NCBI GenBank assembly: GCA_964016885.1
Contig: OZ024742.1
Location: forward strand, 158,162,001-158,226,000
Source of the DNA: Eledone cirrhosa
Taxonomy: Eukaryota
Length of the DNA stretch: 64,000 bases
Reading direction: 5' to 3'
The notes under the pieces were generated by a model that saw nothing but the letters and a program-made list of their open reading frames with translations, made no database searches and was not told where the DNA came from. Shown piece after piece: positions 54,404 to 64,000 of the stretch. Position numbers and translations under genes: made by a program. Numbering within the stretch: the stretch's first letter is position 1; every line of letters begins with the position of its first letter.

Positions 54404-55699
54404 GTGTGTGTTCGTGTGTGTATGTGTATGGGTGTGCGTGTGAGTAGGTTCTTGTCTGTACACATGTGTTGTTAATGATTTTATAACACATTAAGATAAT
54501 ACTGTTAAAGTATATACATTTAAGATATTTACTCATATAAATTACATTATCATGTTCTGAATAAACTGACTGGAGGTTTTGGTAAGCGATAACATGAGTA
54601 TAGAAAAATAAAAGAAGAGCTAAATATTGTTTAAAGGGAAAGGAATAGTAAAACAACTCCTAGGAAATATTATTTTCTTGTTACATTTGTAATAAAACAT
54701 TTGTACAGTAAGGACAATTTCACGGCCAGAGAATTTTATATTGAAATAGCAATAATGTAATTTTGTTAGTTTCAATTATAGCTTGCCTTGTAAGAAGAAA
54801 AGTAAGTTATTTTTTTTATTTATTGGAATTCCTCGTCGATTTTTACAATTTGTTTATTCTTTTGGCTTTGGTTTGTGTGGGAAAATAACAAAAACAGCAT
54901 TTGTGAAATTTTGTGATTTAATAAGATAGATGTTTTTTTTTCTTTTGTTTTTTTGCTTTATTAATCAAACCATTTCAATGTTTTTAGCATTGACATCACG
55001 GTTAAACGAAATTAATTTATTTTTTAAGTATGTTACGATATTATTTTCAGAAATTGCGATGTCCTCTGATTCGGGGCTGCCTTCTGATGTGGAAATGTTT
55101 TGTATTTATAGAAGAGGTGGTGGTGGTAGTGGTGGTGGTAGTGCGACTGGAAACAATAGATAACAGAAATAATTTCCTTACCAGTTCTTCTCAAAATTTA
55201 TTTTAAATCTACTGTCTTTCTGTTCGTTTTCCTCACTTTGACCTTTAGCTTTCCATCCATTAGCGGTTTCTCCTCTCCATTACCACATACTACTCCACAG
55301 TAAATATTTCATTTCTCTCTAAAACCTTAGAATCCTTTTCCTCGTCACAGTATGAAATGTATTCCATTGTTTAAACTCTTTGAATTACTACGTTCTTCGT
55401 CTTTCTCACGTTTACTAAATGCCCATATATGACGATTAGAATTGTTACTTCTCTGTAGTAGATCGATAAATAAGTATTAGTCATCTACTAGTTTGATTCA
55501 GGTGGCTGTGCCCTTCCTCACTACCATCTGAGATATGCATCTTTTATACATTAACGTCTAAACAACCAGATGAAACTGTTTACATACCCAGCTGGAATTA
55601 TCTCACAGTTCTTTGCCTATTGATTCCCGAAGATCAAACCAATCTCTATAACTTACTTTAAAAATCTGAGTATCATAATCTAAAGCATTATATCTAATT

Positions 55700-55895
55700 G
55701 TTTCTAACAAAGCCACAAGACTCGCAGTCGATTACATCGGTCACAATAATTTACTGGTCCTTTATTTTAGCGACATTGGAAAGATGAGAGGTAACCCTGA
55801 CCTGGGCAGGACATGAACTCAGAACGTAATGGCCATAACTAAATACTACGAAGCATTTTACCTGACATTCTAACAGATGCGCCAATCCACTGCCT
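55700..55895 (-). mobile_element. Diverged SINE
   Basis: TTACTGGTCCTTTATTTTAGCGAC...GAACTCAGAACGTAA. Confidence 0.65.
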
Positions 55896-56433
55896 TAAGA
55901 CATCATATTTAATGATATTGCTTATATTTCGTTTAACTTTCAAAGATGATATAGTAGGTACCGAACATAGAATAATTACATCCATATTTCCCAATCGCAA
56001 AGGTAGATCCGTGTGATTTCTTGTTCTCATTCTTTAACATTGATTATTCTAATTTCTTTAAAATAAAGTAGATGTTCGCACAAACAATCTTATATATCTA
56101 ATGCCATTTGGCCATGCTGCGTCCAATCGTTATGTGTTGTATATATAGATTATTGCTTAGGTCGCCAACAAAAGCAATGTTCGTCGTTGATCTATCTATA
56201 GGTAGTTCTTGTGAAGTTTGTCTAAAATAAAAACTATCAAAATATCTTCATTTGCTTATTTCTAACACAATTTGAATGAAAAAGAAATAGGATTTCGCTT
56301 CAAGCATAGCTTTATACAATATGTATAAATATTTCGTATCTCCAAAGAAATATGGTTTTAGGAAGCCGTAGCTATGCAAACACCGGGGGGGGGCTAACGC
56401 CCTCTGGTGATGTCCAGCAGAAGCAAGGGGGAC

Positions 56434-56479
56434 AACCGTCTATGCATTTCAGGTTTAACTGGCCTTCGTCAGGACGGTC
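56434..56479 (-). ncRNA. Minimal type I hammerhead ribozyme, intact
   Basis: GACCGTC-CTGACGA-AGG-CCAGTTAAA-CCT-GAAA-TGCA-TA-GACGGTT, with palindromic UGCA stem III. Stem I is extended by GTCCAGCAG/CTGCTGGAC (56412-56505). Confidence 0.85.
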
Positions 56480-56889
56480 CCTCCCACCACTTGCGACTGC
56501 TGGACTAAAAGACAAGCGAGAATATATACTTTTCTCGTCTGTGTAAATGAGGTGATTAATCTCATTTGCATATGAAGCTGCATAAGTAATACGGTTTGAA
56601 CTATGGTCTACTAAATGAAATCATCACTATCCTCTATTTATGAATAACGAGTTCGAATAGAGTCAATTACTATATTCACGCCGAGGAATCACATTTCTTG
56701 CAACGATTGTACATTAGTCTGATCGAAACGAAACTTCGGTGAATATAAAAAAAAATGTTCATGATTAAAATGGGGTTAATAGTCAGACATTTCATAAACT
56801 TATAAACACTGGTGTTTTAGAAAGATGCCTCATATATTTCACAGCTCTTTCTTTCTTTCAACATTATGCCATGACCATCAAGACGCCGG

Positions 56890-57090
56890 TGGATTTGCAG
56901 AATAAATTGAACGTCGTATAAAATGCTTCAATGTATTTAGTTCCGTTACTGAGTTCAAATAACATGGAGATCAACTCTGTCTTTTCTCCTGTTGGTGTCG
57001 ATAAAATACAGTGAATTACTGCAGCAAATTTAATCTACTTTCCCCTCACCAAAACTATTGGATTTGTGCTTAAATAATTAGTAATTGTTA
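56890..57090 (+). mobile_element. Diverged SINE
   Basis: CTGAGTTCAAAT...GGTGTCGATAAAATA...TTGTGC. Confidence 0.6.
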
Positions 57091-58280
57091 TATGAAGATC
57101 AATAATTCAAATCACCCTTCATTACATGGAGTGTGTTCCATCTTATTTTATATTACTTATTTAAATGGCCATTGCTAATGACAACTGTACCTACCAAATC
57201 TCTACATTTTCCTAAAATCATATCCTTCAGCGTACATTCCATTAAGAATACGACAATCAGATATAACCTTTATTGGTACTCAACATGCAGATATTGCTTA
57301 TTGACAGAGCCACATCACGTATATAACCATACACACGCTTGTACATGCACACGCATACACACACATACTCACACACACACACACACACATGCACACACAT
57401 ACATACACACGCACACACAGACTTAATTACACCCAAACACGTGCGTACACGAATCAGCAATAATTCATTCTAATAACATCACCAGGCATGCAAAAATTCA
57501 TAGTTCTCCACAATCTAATGATGAACACCATCTTTTAAAGCTTGTATGAAAGAGCGTTGCACTTTTCTCTCTAGCAACGATATTTTATCATTTGATGGCT
57601 ATCAAATTCTAAGCATAATCTGTTACATCTGTTCTGAGTAATGGCCTTCTTGACTTTAGCTAGAAGAAATCTCTGAAGCGGATCGATAAAATATATCTTA
57701 TTTAAATTATGAGATCTTTATATTTTCCTTCGTGCTTAACCATCTCTCTCCCCATATTCCTCTCATACTATCTCACTCTTTCTCTCTTTCTTAATCTTTC
57801 CCTCCCTCTCTCCCTCTCTCTCATCACTACTTGTATTTTCTAGACTTTTTTACCTGTATATTAATCTAGATTGTCCAGCAGCACACGATATTAACTCGAA
57901 GGGTTTATCCTGATAATGGAAGAGTTAACGCCCACCACATACGGCACCAAACCTTAAACACAGTTATGTGTTAATTACGATTCAGGTGTAACACTACTTT
58001 GTGAAGCTTGGTGTATTCCAAGGAGCCAGTAAGAAAACTGTTTCGTCATTGCTCATATTTATAGAAATAACAACAAATCTCCCTAATAATACACCCAGCA
58101 TATTGAAATAAAGCTGAATCCTTTATATGATAATGTGATTCTAGAGGTATTGTGTTTTAAAAGAAGGATTAGATGGAGGTGGCTCCAATTAAGCATAGCT
58201 CAATGTATGTCAGACACAGACAAACATTCGTTATACACATACGTGTCTATGTCTATAAAATATTGCTATATATATATGTA

Positions 58281-58329
<49 letters not shown>

Positions 58330-58334
<5 letters not shown>

Positions 58335-59392
58335 GACAGGGGGGAAGAAAAAATGGCTTCACTTGTGCTTTCAACAAATTTATTTTCTTCACAAAATCCA
58401 AAAAGAATTTTTCTTAAAAAAAATTATTTTATAAATTAAGTTGTTGGTTGTTGGTTAGGTCTTAGGAGTTCTTGGTTAACGTAGGAGGTATTGTTTCGTT
58501 TTTAGAAAGACCTTTCACGCTGAGGTGCGCTTGTCAAACTGATGTGTATGTGGTGTGTTGTTCTATATATAGGGATTTAACATGTCTGTTGTGTGGTGGG
58601 GGTTTCTTTTCTCCCCTTTTCATAAGTGCATGGGTGTAGGTGTGTTGAAAAAGTGTTCATAGCAGTAATGAGTTGAGACGGTGAGTAGGGTTGGGTGGGG
58701 AGAAATGTAGCAAGAGCGGCCTGCCCCGGTCATTCTCGAAAAATTCCTTTATTCAGGGGAAAAAGCTTTTAGCATTGCTTTTGTGTTGAGAATGGTCACA
58801 GGCAAATCGCACCTGTCAAGTTTGTGAATAATTCTTTTTTTCTTTTTTTCCTGAAGGATTTTTCTACGTCCATCCCAAAGTTAGTCCTTTGTTCAACACA
58901 CACATATGTGTGCGTATACGTACATACACACACGGGCATATGTAGGAATATATAGGCACAAACCATCAATCACACACCCATGTACAAAAACATACACAAA
59001 AACATATAGAGACACATACAAAAACACACATACACATACGTACACACACGAATATGTACTCAGACCTCCACATGGGTATATATATATATATATATATACA
59101 CATATATATACACATATACATACATACACATATATATATATATATATATATACATATACATACATATACATACATATACACATACACACATATACACACA
59201 CACACATATATATACATATATATATACATATACATACATATACACATACACACACATACACACACACACATATACCAACAACTTAATTTACAAAATAATT
59301 TTTTTAAGAAAAATTCTTTTGGGATTTTGTGAAGAAAATAAATTTGTTGAAAGCACAAGTGAAGCCATTTTTTCTTCCCCCCTGTCTTAATA
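58330..59392. mobile_element. Decayed PLE-like 3' fragment with ~120-bp inverted tails, in (TA)n
   Basis: 58330-58448 is the reverse complement of 59274-59392. The interior minus strand has a degenerate HHR (58505-58545) and a DRCDL/LNK remnant. Confidence 0.55.
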
Positions 59393-59423
59393 TATCTAAC
59401 TGTACCAAGGATTACACACATTT

Positions 59424-59454
<31 letters not shown>

Positions 59455-59455
59455 A

Positions 59456-59542
<87 letters not shown>

Positions 59543-59654
59543 CGTAGATGTACATATATATATATATCAAATTAAAGAACGGAGTTAAAGATTCACGTTA
59601 ATCCTCTATAATTTAATGAGTTCAAGGAATAGATTCCTTGAGATTCTTTATAAA

Positions 59655-59829
59655 TCACTATATAGACAAAAGTACACATAGAGTTATGTGTTTAATTATA
59701 GGGGATAGAAAACCACCAGAGTGCTGAACATATTGTCCTTTTGTAGACAATATGTTCAACATCTGGTGGTTTTTAATCCCCTATAATTAAACATATACCT
59801 CTATGTATACTTCTGTCTATATGCTGATA
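59655..59829. repeat. ~175-bp imperfect palindrome
   Basis: TTTAATTATAGGGGATAGAAAACCACCAGA..TGAACATATTGTC / GACAATATGTTCA..TCTGGTGGTTTTTAATCCCCTATAATTAAA. Confidence 0.85.
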
Positions 59830-59844
59830 CACACACACACACAC

Positions 59845-59896
<52 letters not shown>

Positions 59897-61029
59897 ACAC
59901 ACATATATATATATATATATACGCGGGGGGTGCGGACGATGAGGTGGGAAGCGGTGGGGGGAGGAGGGAGGAGGCGATAAGGTCTTTGATGGTGGAGGAG
60001 ACTTGTTGTTGGTAGAGGGGGGTGGGATCGGAGGGTAGAGGGCGGTAAAAGAGGGGGTTACAGAGCTGCCTGAGGGCTTCGGCCGTGTATATGTATATAT
60101 ATATAATATATATATATAATTTATATATATATGTATGTATACCCGAGATATCGTAATAAATTCACTTCCCTCGAATATGTTTTTCCTTTTAGATTTCATG
60201 CTGTATTATATAAGCCATAGTTTTCTCTTATCCCTTTCCATTCAATAGTAAATTATTAAGGATAACAAATAGTAAGTGTGAATATGACAGAATCTTGTAC
60301 GCGTAGGCAAGTGACTGAAACTTTCCGCCCTATATGTACACCTCCGCTACGAAAAGATCTTTGTCACGGGTTTCACATATCCTATCATGTTGCGGCAGGA
60401 AGGTTAATACCTAAATAAAAAATTTACAAGTATTATTTAAAAATCAATTTAGGAAGCAAACCATATTGGTTGACATAATATGCAGAGAATTAATTCTCTC
60501 GACAATTAATTTGTATACCTCGTTTTATTATTCTTTCTCTCAGTTCTTTCAGTTTATTCCACTTGCTTCATATCACTATTTCATACCATCTCCATTTACT
60601 ATTTACATAACACGGTTGAACCGATCACAATTCCAATGAGTAAATAATCTAATATATATATATATATTACATTTTATATTGCTAATACGCCACAGTCTTG
60701 ATGAACCAACCCAAAATGCGATAACAAATACAATTGTAATGGGGCAGCACTCACATTCAAGTGACGGTTACTATAAACATTGTATGATGTGTTATTGTTG
60801 TACGTCAGAATGTTTATATTTCTATTGTAAATAGAGAAACGTGTATTGTAATAAAAATGGTGATAGATTGTCACAACCATTAGATTGTTGGAAAAATATT
60901 ATGTAGCATTTTGTCATGTGGCATTTGTGTTATTTCTTACATTATGTAAATTCCATATGTGTAAACATTACATCTGGGACATATATATTAATTATCAATC
61001 AAGTAAATGAGTTGATGTAATCGACAATT

Positions 61030-61180
61030 TGGAGGCGAATGAGCAGAATCGTTAGAACGTTGGCTAAAAGGAATTGCGGTATTCTTTCTGGTTTTCGGAG
61101 CAGTCTGAGTTCAAATCCTGTCGACGTCAACTTTGCCTTTCATCCTTTTCTGGTTGATACAAAAGTATAAATACCAGTTC
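61030..61180 (+). mobile_element. Diverged SINE (another relic at ~63115-63260)
   Basis: CTGAGTTCAAATCC...CAACTTTGCCTTTCATCCTTT. Confidence 0.7.
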
Positions 61181-61218
61181 GTTCTGCGGTCGTTTCTTCT
61201 TCTATATCTTTTTCTCAC

Positions 61219-61326
<108 letters not shown>

Positions 61327-64000
61327 TCACCCTGCAGAAGAAATCGTTTCTGTTCAGATCTGGAGAGGTGATGGTCTCTGCCAGGTTTAAAATAAGCAAG
61401 ATATTCTTCCTTAAGGTGTTGCAGTTCTATACATATGTATAAACGACGCTTCATTCCTGCAAAATATATGACCTCGCTCCGTAGTTAGTAAGCAAAGTAA
61501 TAACATGATATCCAGGGAAAAATCTTTCTCAATCGCTTAATATTTTATGAAACAGAAGCTCAATTAAAAATGACATCTTGCTGTATCATAGATGGATTAA
61601 TGAGGAGAAAACAAAAGCCAAGTCAATCAAGTCAATCGCGTAATTCCTTGTATAAATAAGATGACTTATTGTAAATCCCTTGCTTAGCGGAGAGAAACAC
61701 GTTGGCCTGTTTCAATAATTACTAAGGGTGTTAGATGAAACATATAAATATTTTCATAATCTTGAATGAATTAAATAAAGCCAAAAAGTAATTTAGTTAC
61801 TGTGTGTGTCTCAAGAATATTCTAATGAAGACAGAACCGAATATAATTCATTTATTATACTTCTGATATAATCCAATTACAAATACAATAGACAATCTCG
61901 ATGTTTCCAAATATTAAATACGTCAAAAATGGAATTCGCTGATTATTTCTTTTGTAAAATCGTCTGACCTTATAATGAGATCACTTTCATGGTAAACTTT
62001 TTTTTTTATCTCTCTCAAATATTCTCGAACTAAATTCTCAAAGTTATCGATCGATTTTATTCCCGAGAGAAACTAGTCTTGCAATAAATTTACATAAACA
62101 GATAATTTTTTTTCTCTCAGAGCTCTTACATAAATGGACTGATTAAATGAGTTATAACTTGTCAGTTGTGATATATAGAGGAACTTTCTTTACAATCTAT
62201 ATATTTTGATTTACATTTTGTATGTTTTGTTCTTCATTACGAATCATCTATCAGAGAATTGAAACGTATTGCCTTAAGTCACTGGTTAAATTAAAAGTTT
62301 TTTTCCTATTTTTGTATATATACATGTGAGTGTGTATGAGGTGGGGGTGTTTGTGATTATGCGACGGCTAGATGCACATATAAAGCCAGAAGGTACATCA
62401 TAATTCGTCTCATCTTAGCATATAAACACCATTTATACTCTACACATAATTGAAAACTAGTGTGGCAGTTGCTTTATGAAACTATGTTTGTATATTAGTC
62501 GAATTGTTAGGGTCTTTTAAACAACTAAATTGGTCAATGTGTTTTTAATAATGGTTTGAAATTGATTCGGGTACTATTATCAAGGCGAACTACTATGTAG
62601 TGTTCCCCCGGCTTTCGGATAGCAAATGTATATGATAAACGTAAATATATTACCTAATGATGGAACTACATTTGAAGCATATTATTTTGGAAATGAGAGT
62701 ACATACCTAACGCTATTTGGTATATACTAATTCCAAGCTTCAAATGGCGACTCTACGTGGACAATTGTATCTAAAACTGAGTTTAATAATATTGTATTGG
62801 TTTCACAATATGTCAAATGTATTTTATGATAGGTTCGCTCAGGCAAAACATTTACAACACTAATAAATAATTTTCCTAAGGCTGAGACTTGTTGTTTCTC
62901 AATAAAATGTATCCTGCAATGATAATTCAGAGAATATTATTGCTGCTTCATTTTACTCTACTGCGGTTATGTAACAGAAATGCTATGTAGGAAATTGAAA
63001 GTTCACATCTGCCTTTACATTTAATATTTCTCACTGATATCACGCTTGATGAACTCTTGACGAGGAATCTTTGAAATAATTAGAAACAGTTTATTGAATT
63101 TTAATAATGAACTAAGAGGTAGCAAATTAGCATAGACGTTAGAACGTTAAAATGCCTTATGCTTGTGATCCGGTTCTCAACGCCCTCAATTCAAATCACG
63201 CCAGTTACCAAGTTTGCTTTTCCTCCTTCTGGGATGAAATATCTACATATCCAATGCGGTGGGTTGAGGAGAATGTTCGTCTATCGGATAGGATTCATTG
63301 TGGTATATGTTACGATGGTGTGTGTTATGCTTTCAAAGTTCACCTACTGATGACATATTAATACTAACTTCCTCTCCTTACAACTAATTAGAAATCAAAT
63401 TTCATGTCGAAATATTCTTAATTTGTTCTAGAAGAATGTAGTTGTCATATAAGTATTTAGCATGTTATTTAAGACATAGGTGTGCATATTACACAATTAG
63501 CATAAATTCGTCTCAAGATCCAAAAAATCCCTATTCATATGAATATATATAATTAGGTTCATAAATATATGGGTCTCGGCAAGCAATATGTTAATACGCA
63601 TTCAATCGTGTATAGATAGTTATGGAATGAATTACTATGAATTACTATGAAATTAATCAAGGAGTCAACAACTGTGGACTTTGCCTTTCACTCAATGTTG
63701 GGAAAGTGTTAATAACGAATTTTGGGACACAGATTCATCTGTAAACTCCTAAACAATGCTCTGTCTATTGTTTCTATTATTTACCACATTCAAATTAATA
63801 ATGTCAAGTATTTTGTCATGATAGAGATTTTTCTTCTTTGTTTAGGAGAAGAGAAAGAACTTTCTACATTGGTTTTGTTTACTTTAGAAGTGATGTGTGT
63901 TTGAGATTCGTATTTTATTATGGAAAGAAGCAAATATTATCACGAAGGCTGCGTTTATTTTATATATAATTCTTGAGCAAACATATATAGACAGGGAAAA

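Noticed and set aside
59920-60090. G-rich tract with G-quadruplex potential
   Set aside because: An isolated low-complexity insert among microsatellites, with no evidence of function from sequence alone.

Overview
This is eukaryotic, AT-rich, repeat-dominated DNA. By pattern recognition only (SINE family and microsatellite spectrum), it is most likely from an octopus or other coleoid cephalopod. I see no intact host protein-coding gene, and most ORF-track entries are translations of (TA)n, (CA)n, (TACA)n, (ATT)n and (TC)n microsatellites. The identifiable content is: two closely related Tx1/L1-clade LINEs (one near full length) plus an old relic; two families of R4/Dong-like RLE retrotransposons; RTE-like 3' fragments and one internally deleted RTE derivative; a Penelope-like (Naiad-type GIY-YIG) element forming a ~4.2 kb inverted repeat; many tRNA-derived SINEs; and a probable decayed ionotropic-glutamate-receptor-like pseudogene. 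Three signals stand out. First, at least eight loci carry minimal type I hammerhead ribozyme motifs, three with intact cores, mostly in short non-coding inserts in (TA)n. Second, there is a recurrent 'tails-out' inverted architecture. Third, the retroelement families appear to partition by microsatellite target: (ATT)n, (TACA)n and (TA)n. All alignments and RNA folds were done by eye, and boundaries of decayed elements are approximate.
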